Below, piece by piece: positions 9,281 to 17,040 of a DNA stretch of 41,614 nt (position 1 is the stretch's first letter; each line of letters starts with the position of its first letter). The DNA is from Gaiellales bacterium (GTDB taxonomy: Bacteria; Actinomycetota; Thermoleophilia; Gaiellales; F1-60-MAGs149), in the NCBI GenBank assembly GCA_049433345.1, contig JBMTER010000002.1, positions 1 to 41,614 of the forward strand, written 5' to 3'. Below the pieces are notes generated by a model, which saw nothing but the letters and a program-made list of their open reading frames with translations, searched no databases and had not been told where the DNA came from. The position numbers and the translations under genes were made by a program.

Positions 9281-10347
9281 CGCCCCGGCGCCGGCTGTGC
9301 CACGATACCGACCAGCAGTAACCCCGGAGGATCCCGATCATGGCCGACCACGCAGACCACCATCACCACGCCGCGGCGGAGAAGCCGAACGCGAGCACGA
9401 TGATGGGATTCGGGCTGTTCTTCGGGATCGCCGCCGTCCTCCTCGCGCTCGTCGCGTCGGTCCGCGGCGGCGTCCTGCTCGACATCACCGGCATCCTCGG
9501 CGTCGTCGCGATCGCGGTCGCCGTGCTCGCGGTCATCGTCGGCAAGGCGAAGGGCTGGCCGACGCGCGGGTTCGCCGCGGTCCTGCTGATGGGGGTCATG
9601 GCGCTGGCCACGTGGGCCGTCGTCGGCGTCTGGATCGGCGCCTAGCCGCTGACGGGTCCGCGCGCCCCCGCCGCCCCCCCCCACGTCGATCTCACCGGCC
9701 GTGGCGAGCGCCAGGGTGCAGTCCGCACCGGCGACCCTCAGCGTGATCACCCCGGCCAGCTCGTCGACCTCGGCGACGCGCGCGGTCGCCCCGGGCGTGA
9801 GGCCGCGCTCCGCGAGGTAGCGGAGCAGCCGGGGATCGCGATCGGACACGCGCAGGATCTCCACCTCGGCGCCCTCCGCCGCGTCCGCGAGCCGCCGCGA
9901 CGGGATCGTGGGCACGGTGCCGTCGCGGGCGGGGATCGGATCGCCGTGCGGATCGCGGTCGGGCTGGCCGAGGGCGGCGGCGATGCGGTCCTCGAGGCCC
10001 TCGGAGATGACGTGCTCGAGGCGGTCGGCCTCGGCGTGCACCTCCTCCCACGACATGCCGAGCTGCTCGACGAGGTACAGCTCGAGCAGGCGATGGTGGC
10101 GCAGGATCTCGAGGGCCACGGCCTCGCCCTTCGGGGTCAGCACGACGCCGCGGTACGGGGCGTGCTCGACGAGGCCCGACTGGTCGAGTCGCTTCATCAT
10201 CCCGGTCACGGACGCGGTGGAGACGACGAGCCGGTCGGCGAGTGCCTGCGTCTGGACGGGCGCACCGCCGGAGGCCTCGGCGATCTGGTGGATCGCCTTC
10301 AGGTAGTCCTCGATCGCGGGGCTGTACTCGCGCGCGCTCGTCGCCAT
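9073..10347 (-). CDS. DtxR/IdeR/MntR-family metal-dependent transcriptional regulator (literal ORF; only residues 1-222 are regulator-like)
   Basis: Three regions are recognisable: an N-terminal wHTH ([16 protein letters not shown]...[18 protein letters not shown]), a dimerisation/metal domain ([33 protein letters not shown]) and a C-terminal FeoA/SH3-like domain ending ...[12 protein letters not shown]. After a G9 tract (9674-9682) the frame continues about 200 aa as low-complexity sequence antisense to gene 9340-9645 and the tkt 3' end. The probable true end is near 9642 (see findings). Confidence 0.8.
   Translation of the reverse strand: MATSAREYSPAIEDYLKAIHQIAEASGGAPVQTQALADRLVVSTASVTGMMKRLDQSGLVEHAPYRGVVLTPKGEAVALEILRHHRLLELYLVEQLGMSWEEVHAEADRLEHVISEGLEDRIAAALGQPDRDPHGDPIPARDGTVPTIPSRRLADAAEGAEVEILRVSDRDPRLLRYLAERGLTPGATARVAEVDELAGVITLRVAGADCTLALATAGEIDVGGGGGGARTRQRLGADPDADDGPRGQRHDPHQQDRGEPARRPALRLADDDREHGDRDRDDAEDAGDVEQDAAADRRDEREEDGGDPEEQPESHHRARVRLLRRGVVMVVCVVGHDRDPPGLLLVGIVAQPAPGRQPRRRTASATASGVIPSSLATVPPGADAPKRSMPTQAPPRPTQRSQPWVTPASYETRRVTAAGSTDSR
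9340..9645 (+). CDS. hypothetical membrane protein with His-rich N-terminus
   Basis: The ORF is 101 aa, with GGAGGA at 9327-9332. It starts [15 protein letters not shown] and continues with three hydrophobic spans. GC3 is very high. Confidence 0.6.
   Translation: MADHADHHHHAAAEKPNASTMMGFGLFFGIAAVLLALVASVRGGVLLDITGILGVVAIAVAVLAVIVGKAKGWPTRGFAAVLLMGVMALATWAVVGVWIGA
9674..9682. repeat. C9 (G9 on the coding strand) homopolymer at the 3' end of the DtxR-like gene
   Basis: The tract was read directly (ccgccccccc cc) and is confirmed by the track translation ...[10 protein letters not shown]. Confidence 0.9.
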
Positions 10348-10356
10348 CCGCGAAGC

Positions 10357-11448
10357 CTACCGACCGCCGAGAAGCCGCCGCACGATCTCGATCCGGGGGG
10401 CGACCGAGGCGGGGTCGATCCACTCGTCGGGGCCATGATCGCCGCCGCCGATCGGCCCCAGCCCGTCGACGGTCGGCACCCCCACGCTGGAGGACCACGA
10501 GCCGTCGGATGCGCCGGCCGATGACGCCTCGAGGACCGGGGCGCCGACCTCCGCCAGCAGTGCGAGCACCGCCTCGGCGAGGCCGTCGTCGCGCGTCAGG
10601 GGCGGGAAGCCGGGCTCGTCGGAGCGGGTGATGACCACGCCGTCGTGGCTGCCGAAGCGCTCCAGCTCGGCGATCGCCCAGCGCAGGTCCTCCATGGTGG
10701 CGGCGCGCAGGTCGATCGCGCCGAGGGCGTGGCCGGGGACGGTGTTCTTGACCTCGCCGGAGATCAGCTGGGTGACGGTGGCCTGCAGTCCCGGTCGGGC
10801 GCCGTGCAGCCGCTCCTCGATCCGGATCGCCTCGCGGGCGAGCGCCATCAGGGCGGAGCGGCCCTCGTCCCGTTCGGTGCCGGCGTGGGCGTCGCGCCCG
10901 ACCGCCTCGAGCGTCAGCCAGGTGCTGGCCATCCGGGCGGTCACGATCGAGCCGTCCGCGCGGCCGCACTCGAGGCACAACGCGAGGTCGGCGCCGCGCC
11001 ATTCGTCGAGGCAGGCGGGCGCCCACGAGCGAGCCTCCTCGTCGGGGACGATCCACATCTCGACGCGGCGGTGCCCGCTCGGGGGGTCGGGGGGGGGGGG
11101 GGGCGTCGCCGCCAGGCCGACCAGCAGTCCGCCCCGCATGTCGGCGACGCCGGGTCCGAGCACGCGGCCGTCGCGCCGCTCGAGCGGACGCGATGCGCTG
11201 GTGCCGGCGGGGTAGACGACGTCGTGGTGGCCCAGCAGCAGCGCGCGGCCCGGCCCCGTCCCGTCGAGGGCGATCACGAGCAGCGGCCCCTCCGGCGTGT
11301 CGCGGACCTCCACGGCCAGACCGTCGTCGCCCGCCCAGCCGGCCAGGAGCCGTGCGGATCGGGCGAGACCCGCGAGGTCGCCGGTCTGCGCGTCGACGGC
11401 GCAGAGCGCCGCGAGGCGCTCGCCGAACCCGGCGGGCAGCCCGTGCAC
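10357..11448 (-). CDS. M20-family metallopeptidase (carboxypeptidase G2-like)
   Basis: The motifs GHHDVV, GPGVADMRGG, VPDEEARS and GGGDHGPDEW are present. GTG 11448 lies 2 nt after the upstream gene's stop. The track's longer start (11508) would overlap the S4 gene. The gene contains an in-frame C15 (Pro5) tract. Confidence 0.8.
   Translation of the reverse strand: MHGLPAGFGERLAALCAVDAQTGDLAGLARSARLLAGWAGDDGLAVEVRDTPEGPLLVIALDGTGPGRALLLGHHDVVYPAGTSASRPLERRDGRVLGPGVADMRGGLLVGLAATPPPPPDPPSGHRRVEMWIVPDEEARSWAPACLDEWRGADLALCLECGRADGSIVTARMASTWLTLEAVGRDAHAGTERDEGRSALMALAREAIRIEERLHGARPGLQATVTQLISGEVKNTVPGHALGAIDLRAATMEDLRWAIAELERFGSHDGVVITRSDEPGFPPLTRDDGLAEAVLALLAEVGAPVLEASSAGASDGSWSSSVGVPTVDGLGPIGGGDHGPDEWIDPASVAPRIEIVRRLLGGR
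11089..11103. repeat. G15 (C15 on the coding strand) homopolymer inside the M20 peptidase gene
   Basis: The tract was read directly and is confirmed by TPPPPPDPPS in the track translation. It is preceded by GGGGGG at 11081-11086. Confidence 0.9.
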
Positions 11449-11449
11449 G

Positions 11450-11668
11450 TCAGGCCCCGATCGCGACGCGGACCGGCTCGTGGCCGGCGACGCCGATGAC
11501 GTCGCCATCGGCGAGCGTGCGACCGCGGCGCCCCTCGGGCTCGCCGTTCACCGACACGGCGCCCGCGGCGAGCAGCGCCTTGGCCTCCCCGCCGGTGTCG
11601 ACGAGGCCCGCGAACTTCAGCAGCTGCCCGAGCGCGATGCCGCCCGGCCGCACCTCGACGTCGCGCAC
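11450..11668 (-). CDS. S4-domain RNA-binding protein (YbcJ-like)
   Basis: A 72-aa product starts at GTG 11668. The sequence LGQLLKFAGLVDTGGEAKALLAAGAVSVNGEPEGRRGRTLADGDVI matches the YbcJ/S4-like pattern. The start lies 2 nt after the hesB stop. Confidence 0.7.
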   Translation of the reverse strand: MRDVEVRPGGIALGQLLKFAGLVDTGGEAKALLAAGAVSVNGEPEGRRGRTLADGDVIGVAGHEPVRVAIGA

Positions 11669-11669
11669 C

Positions 11670-12080
11670 CTAGCCGTGCGAGCAGCTGGAGCAGCCGCCG
11701 GCGGAGGCGGTGACCGCCTCATCCTCGCCCGCGGCCTCCTCGCCGTCCTTGAGCTGGAAGGACGAGCCGCAGCCGCAGCCCGCGACCGTGTTGGGGTTCG
11801 TGATGGAGAAGCCGGTGCCGTTGAGGCCGTCGACGAAGTCGATGTCCGCGCCGCTCAGGTACGGCATCGAGAAGGGATCGACGAGCACCTTGATGCCGTG
11901 CGCCTCGATCACCTCGTCGCCGTCCTGCGGTCCCGTGTCGAAGCCGAGCGCGTACTGGAAGCCGGAGCAGCCGCCGCCCTGCACGGCGACGCGCAGCGCC
12001 GTCAGCTCGGGATCGTCCTCGGCCGCGAGGAACTCGCGGACCTTGTCGGCTGCCTTCTCGGTGATGGTGATCATCTGCAT
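11670..12080 (-). CDS. HesB/IscA/ErpA-family iron-sulfur cluster insertion protein with C-terminal Cys-rich extension
   Basis: A 136-aa product starts at [10 protein letters not shown]. It has the motifs GGGCSGFQY and NPN...CGCGSSF, followed by an additional 28-aa tail ending GGCSSCSHG. Confidence 0.85.
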   Translation of the reverse strand: MQMITITEKAADKVREFLAAEDDPELTALRVAVQGGGCSGFQYALGFDTGPQDGDEVIEAHGIKVLVDPFSMPYLSGADIDFVDGLNGTGFSITNPNTVAGCGCGSSFQLKDGEEAAGEDEAVTASAGGCSSCSHG

Positions 12081-12277
12081 CTCGTGGTTCGCGCGGAGCG
12101 GTACAGCGGCTGCGTGCCCGCCTCCCGCATTGTGCCTGCAATCGATCCAACGCGGAAGTCGCCCGGCGCATTCCCGCCGCGGCGGCTTGTGACAGACGAC
12201 AGAGCGGGGGGTGGGCACCACGATGGCAGGCGCAGCGCGGCTTTGCGGCATTCGGCACGATCCGCGCCGACCGGGGT

Positions 12278-12307
12278 TTGTGGCGGCCGAGCCGCCCCTG
12301 CTACGGT
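12278..12307 (+). promoter_or_regulatory. candidate nuo promoter (TTGTGG-18 nt-TACGGT)
   Basis: A -35-like TTGTGG (12278-12283) and a TANNNT-type -10 TACGGT (12302-12307) lie about 50 nt upstream of the nuoA GTG. This is a weak, eye-matched call only. Confidence 0.2.
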
Positions 12308-12359
12308 TGCGAGGCCGGTGGCATGGGGCGCCGGCGCGACCGCGAACCGCCGGAGAACC

Positions 12360-12731
12360 GTGCTCGGAGACTGGGCCTCCTATCTCGTCTACCTGCTCTT
12401 CGCCGCCGGCATCGCCGGGAGCCTGCTCGCGGCCTCCCTCGCCTGGTCGCGGTTCTTCCATCGCAACCTGCGACCCGGCACCAGCAAGTCGCGCGCCTTC
12501 GAGTCGGGCGTGTCCGACGGCACGTTCCAGCCGTCGAACTTCTCCGTCAACTACTACCTGACGGCGATGCTCTTCATCATCTTCGACCTGGAGATCGTGT
12601 TCCTGTACCCGGTCGCGGTCAACCTCGACATGCTCGGCCTGTTCGGCCTGATCGAGCTCGCCATCTTCGTGGTCATCCTCGGCATCGGCTACGTCGACAT
12701 CTGGCGCAAGGGGGCCCTCGAGTGGCACTGA
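12360..12731 (+). CDS. nuoA: NADH-quinone oxidoreductase subunit A
   Basis: These are the last 123 aa of track ORF 11193-12731, from GTG 12360. The product has three TM spans, with FESG...[21 protein letters not shown] typical of NuoA/ND3. Confidence 0.9.
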   Translation: MLGDWASYLVYLLFAAGIAGSLLAASLAWSRFFHRNLRPGTSKSRAFESGVSDGTFQPSNFSVNYYLTAMLFIIFDLEIVFLYPVAVNLDMLGLFGLIELAIFVVILGIGYVDIWRKGALEWH

Positions 12732-12817
12732 GGCCCGACGAGCCCCACGAGCGCCCCGTCGCCGCGCCGCCATCGCCGACCCCGCCCGCCGGCGCGGTCG
12801 TGATCCCGCCTGCGCAG

Positions 12818-13327
12818 GTGCGCCGCTCGCTGCGCTCGACGGACCTCGATTCGGTGGTCATGACGACGACGGTCGAGAAGGTCTTCAAGATGGCCACCGC
12901 CAACTCGATGTGGCCGTTCGGCTTCGGCCTCGCCTGCTGCGCGATGGAGATGATCGCGATGATCTCCAGCGCGCGCTACGACGTCGCCCGCTTCGGCTCC
13001 GAGGTCGTGCGCGCGACGCCGCGCCAGTCCGACCTGATGATCGTGTCCGGCCGCGTCGCCCACAAGATGGCCGAGCCGATCCGCCAGCTCTACGAGCAGA
13101 TGCTCGAGCCGAAGTACGTGATGGCGATGGGCGCGTGCTCCTCGACGGGCGGCATGTTCTCCAACTACTCGATCCTGCAGGGGGTCGACAAGATCGTCCC
13201 CGTCGACGTCTACGTGCCCGGCTGCCCGCCGCGCCCCGAGGCCGTCATGGAGGGCCTGATGGTGCTGCAGCAGCGCATCAAGTCGGGCATCCCGTCCGCC
13301 TCCCTGCAGCAGGAGTCGCAGTCGTGA
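12818..13327 (+). CDS. nuoB: NADH-quinone oxidoreductase subunit B
   Basis: The Fe-S N2 motifs [18 protein letters not shown] and PGCPPRPE are present. The start is uncertain: GTG 12818 gives the usual N-terminal length ([12 protein letters not shown] aligns with LPSGFLLTTVEQ of actinobacterial NuoB). Alternative starts are 12722, 12800 and 12860. Confidence 0.85.
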   Translation: MRRSLRSTDLDSVVMTTTVEKVFKMATANSMWPFGFGLACCAMEMIAMISSARYDVARFGSEVVRATPRQSDLMIVSGRVAHKMAEPIRQLYEQMLEPKYVMAMGACSSTGGMFSNYSILQGVDKIVPVDVYVPGCPPRPEAVMEGLMVLQQRIKSGIPSASLQQESQS

Positions 13328-13956
13328 CGGACGCCATCCTCGCCGTCAACTCGCCGACCTGGGGCGAGCCCGATACCGCGGCCGCCGATCGCCTCGAGGC
13401 GGCGCTCGGCGCCGGCGCCATCGAGCGTCGCGTCGAGCATCGCGGCGAGCTCACGCTCGACGTGCCCGTCGAGCGCCTGCCCGAGATCTGCCGCTTCCTG
13501 CGCGACGAGGAGGGCTACGACCTGCTCTCGTCCGTTACCGGCGTCGACTACCTCGGCTACGCGGGCGAGGTCGCCGGCTACTGGGGCGGCGGCTCCGACG
13601 GCCGCGACCTCAACCGCTCCGCGTCGGCCGGCAAGCGCGCCGTGCCGGAGGCGCCCGGCCCGAAGCGCTTCGGCGTGTCCGTGGCGCTCGCGAAGGTCCT
13701 GACCGTGGCCGACGGCGGGCATCGCCGCCTGCGCGTCCGCGTCTGGGTCGACGAGGGCGAGGCCGTGCCGACCCTGACCGGCGTCTACCCGTCGGCCGAC
13801 TTCCACGAGCGCGAGGCGTGGGACCTGCTCGGGATCCCGTTCGCGGGCCACCCGAACCTGCGTCGCATCCTGATGCCGGAGGACTGGGGCGGCCATCCGC
13901 AGCGCAAGGACTACCCGCTGGGCGGCGAGCCCGTCCAGTTCTCGGACGAGGTGTAG
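13324..13956 (+). CDS. nuoC: NADH-quinone oxidoreductase subunit C
   Basis: The GTG start overlaps the nuoB stop (GTGA). The C-terminal [29 protein letters not shown] signature is present. Confidence 0.9.
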   Translation: MTDAILAVNSPTWGEPDTAAADRLEAALGAGAIERRVEHRGELTLDVPVERLPEICRFLRDEEGYDLLSSVTGVDYLGYAGEVAGYWGGGSDGRDLNRSASAGKRAVPEAPGPKRFGVSVALAKVLTVADGGHRRLRVRVWVDEGEAVPTLTGVYPSADFHEREAWDLLGIPFAGHPNLRRILMPEDWGGHPQRKDYPLGGEPVQFSDEV

Positions 13957-13958
13957 GA

Positions 13959-15210
13959 GTGGCGGCGACCGAGGCACCCAAGACCTGGCCGAAGTTGGAG
14001 ATCCTGCGCCCGGTCCCGAGCGAGCTGCACCCGACGACGGACAACCCGGACCTGCTCGAGATCAACCTCGGTCCGAACCACCCGTCGACGCACGGCGTGC
14101 TGCGGCTCGTGACGACGCTCGACGGCGAGGTCGTCGTCGGCCTCAAGTGCGAGATCGGCTACGTCCACACGGGCATCGAGAAGAACATCGAGCAGAAGAC
14201 GTACTGGAAGGCGATCCCGTACGTGCCGCGGATGGACTACCTGTCCTTCTTCAGCGGCGAGACCGCCTTCTGCATGGCGGTCGAGAAGGCGCTCGAGCTC
14301 GAGGTGCCGCGCCGCGCCGAGTGGATCCGCGTGCTCTTCCAGGAGCTCGCGCGACTGCACTCGCACCTGATCTTCCTCGGCACCGGGTCCGTCGACCTCG
14401 GCGGGATCGCGCTGCTCTTCTACTGCTTCCGCGCGCGCGACGAGGTGCTCGACCTGTTCGAGATGGTCACCGGCCAGCGCATGCACCCGCGCTACTGCCA
14501 GGTCGGCGGCGTCGCCGAGGACCTGCCGAAGGGCTTCGAGCCGAAGTGCCGCTCCTTCATCGCCTTCATGCGCGACCAGGTCGACCAGTACGACGAGCTG
14601 ATCGGCGCCAACCCGATCTGGGGGCAGCGCACGAAGGGCATCGGCGTGCTGCCGCCCGACTTCGCGCTGCAGATGGGCATGACGGGCCCGAACCTGCGCG
14701 CGTCGGGCGTGCCCTACGACCTGCGTTCCGCCAACGGCGGCTACGGCGCCTACCGCGAGATCGGCTACACCCCGGTCACCGAGCAGGCGGGTGACACGCA
14801 CGCGCGCTTCCGCGTCCGCATCGAGGAGATGCGCGCCTCGCTCGACGTGATCGAGAAGGTCCTCGACGGCATCCCGTCGGGCCCCGTGATCGCGGACGAC
14901 CGCAAGGTCGTGCTGCCGCCGCGCCACGAGCTGCACACCTCGATGGAGTCCCTGATCCACCACTTCAAGCTCGTCACCGAGGGCTTCACCGTGCCGGCCG
15001 GCGAGGTCTACGCGCCGATCGAGTCGGCGCGGCGAGTTCGGCTTCCACCTCGTCTCCGACGGCGGCCCGAAGCCGTGGCGGGTGCGCCTGCGCAGCCCCT
15101 CGCTGGTGCTGCTGCAGTCCCTCGCCGCGCTCTGCCAGGGCGTCTACCTGGCCGACCTGATCGCGATCCTCGCCTCCATCGACCCGGTGCTGGGGGACGT
15201 CGACCGCTGA
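13959..15210 (+). pseudogene. nuoD: NADH-quinone oxidoreductase subunit D, reading frame interrupted near 15027-15031
   Basis: The sequence reads as NuoD (NLGPNHPSTHGVLRL...[11 protein letters not shown]) up to about 15030. The conserved C-terminus [31 protein letters not shown]...[11 protein letters not shown]-stop lies in the next frame and ends at TGA 15208-15210. Confidence 0.85.
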
Positions 15211-15698
15211 TGGCCGCCGACCTCTACGACCAGATCCAGCTCGAGATCGCCAAGTACCCGGATCGCCGGGGCGCGATCCTGCCGGCCCTGCGCCACGCGC
15301 AGGAGCACTACGGCTGGCTGTCGCCGGAGGCGCTCGAGGCGGTGGCCGAGGCGCTCGACCTGTCGCCGGCCCGCTGCCTCGCCGTCGCCTCCTTCTACGA
15401 CATGTTCTTCCTGCAGCCCGTCGGCAGCCACGTCGTCGAGGTCTGCACCAACCTCTCGTGCGCGCTCGTCGGCTCCGACGTCGTCCTGCGCCGCTTCGAG
15501 GACGAGCTCGGCGTCCGCGCCCCCGGCACGTCGGAGGACGGGGCGATCACGCTGCGCCGCGTCGAGTGCCTCGGCGGCTGCGGCTGGGGCCCGGTCGTGA
15601 GCGTCGACGAGGACTACCAGGAGCACTTCAAGCCCGAGGACGTCGCCCCGCTCTGCGAGCGGCTGCGCGCCTCCCGACCCGCTGAGAGCCATGCCTGA
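15210..15698 (+). CDS. nuoE: NADH-quinone oxidoreductase subunit E
   Basis: ATG 15210 overlaps the nuoD stop (TGATG). The 162-aa product has the 2Fe-2S cysteines CTNLSC and ECLGGC. Confidence 0.9.
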   Translation: MAADLYDQIQLEIAKYPDRRGAILPALRHAQEHYGWLSPEALEAVAEALDLSPARCLAVASFYDMFFLQPVGSHVVEVCTNLSCALVGSDVVLRRFEDELGVRAPGTSEDGAITLRRVECLGGCGWGPVVSVDEDYQEHFKPEDVAPLCERLRASRPAESHA

Positions 15699-17040
15699 GG
15701 CACCGACCTTCGCCGATCCGACCGAGTCCTCGATCCTGCTGCCGTTCGCCGGCTCGCGCCGCGAGATCGGCGAGTACGAGCAGCACGGCGGGTACGACGC
15801 GCTGCGCAAGGCCGTCGGCATGACGTCCGAGCAGCTCGTGGAGGAGATGATCGCCTCCAACCTGCGCGGCCGCGGCGGCGCGGGCTTCCCGGCCGGCCGC
15901 AAGGCCTCGTTCCTCGCACCGGGCGGCGAGCGCTACCTCGTGATCAACGGCGACGAGTCCGAGCCGGGCACGTTCAAGGACCGCGAGATCATCCTGCGCA
16001 ACCCGCACATGCTGATCGAGGGCGTCCTCATCTACCTGTGGATGATCCGGGGGACAGCGGCCTACATCTACATCCGCGGCGAGTACCACAAGGAGGCCGC
16101 GATCCTCGAGGGCGCGATCGCGCAGGCCCGCGAGAAGGGCTACGTCGGCTCGCCGCTGCTCGGCACCGACTACGTTCCGGAGATCCACGTGCACCGCGGC
16201 GCCGGCGCCTACATCTGCGGCGAGGAGACGGCGCTGCTGTCGTCGCTCAACGGCGATCGCGGCCAGCCGACGGCGAAGCCGCCGTTCCCGGCCGTTTCGG
16301 GCGCCTTCAAGAAGCCGACGCTGCTGAACAACGTCGAGACCGTCGCCACCGTGCCGGTCATCATCGGCATGGGCGGCGCGGCCTACGCGGGCATCGGCAC
16401 CGAGCAGTCGACGGGCACCAAGATGTTCTCGCTGTCGGGCCACGTCCGCAACCCGGGCAACTACGAGATGCCCCTGTCGGCGACGTACCGCGACCTGATC
16501 GAGGGCAAGGGCGGCGGGCTGCCCGAGGGCCGCACGCTGAAGGCGTTCGTGCCTGGCGGCTCGTCGATGCCGATCCTGATGCCGAACCAGATCGACACGG
16601 GTCTCGCCTTCGAGGCCGTCGTCGCGGCCGGCTCGATGGCCGGCTCGGGCGCGGTCATCGTCGTCGACGACCGCACCTGCATGGTGCGCTTCGCGCTGCG
16701 TACCGCCGAGTTCTACATGCACGAGTCGTGCGGCAAGTGCACGCCGTGCCGCGAGGGCACCCGCTGGATCACGGAGCTCCTGCGCAAGCAGGAGGCGGGC
16801 CTCGGCAGCACGGCGGAGATCGACCTCCTGCTCGACATCTGCGACCGCGTCGAGGGCAACTGCCTGTGCGTCCTCGGCGACGCCTGCGCGATGCCGGTGC
16901 GCAGCCACATCCGCAACTTCCGGCACGAGTTCGAGGAGCACTGCCGCCTCGGCCGCTGCCCCTGCCCCGACGACGCGCCGATGAGCGAGCTCTACCCGCC
17001 GCTTCTGAAGGCGCCGCTGCCGATGGTGACCGCTCCGTGA
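15691..17040 (+). CDS. nuoF: NADH-quinone oxidoreductase subunit F
   Basis: The 449-aa product has GRGGAGFPAG (FMN/NADH site) and ESCGKCTPCREG (4Fe-4S). It overlaps nuoE by 8 nt. Confidence 0.95.
   Translation: MPEAPTFADPTESSILLPFAGSRREIGEYEQHGGYDALRKAVGMTSEQLVEEMIASNLRGRGGAGFPAGRKASFLAPGGERYLVINGDESEPGTFKDREIILRNPHMLIEGVLIYLWMIRGTAAYIYIRGEYHKEAAILEGAIAQAREKGYVGSPLLGTDYVPEIHVHRGAGAYICGEETALLSSLNGDRGQPTAKPPFPAVSGAFKKPTLLNNVETVATVPVIIGMGGAAYAGIGTEQSTGTKMFSLSGHVRNPGNYEMPLSATYRDLIEGKGGGLPEGRTLKAFVPGGSSMPILMPNQIDTGLAFEAVVAAGSMAGSGAVIVVDDRTCMVRFALRTAEFYMHESCGKCTPCREGTRWITELLRKQEAGLGSTAEIDLLLDICDRVEGNCLCVLGDACAMPVRSHIRNFRHEFEEHCRLGRCPCPDDAPMSELYPPLLKAPLPMVTAP

Noticed and set aside
12081-12359. I looked for a canonical IdeR/DtxR iron box (TTAGGTTAGGCTAACCTAA-like) in the hesB/nuoA spacer.
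   Set aside because: I found no convincing match by eye. There is only a weak ATTG-N6-CAAT and an ATCGAT core, so I report the region only as a candidate control region.
13818-15698. I considered whether this ORF is a genuine NuoD-NuoE fusion protein.
   Set aside because: The linker segment is nonsense ([18 protein letters not shown]...). The conserved NuoD C-terminus is present intact in the adjacent frame and ends exactly at the nuoE start. The fusion is therefore a frameshift artefact.
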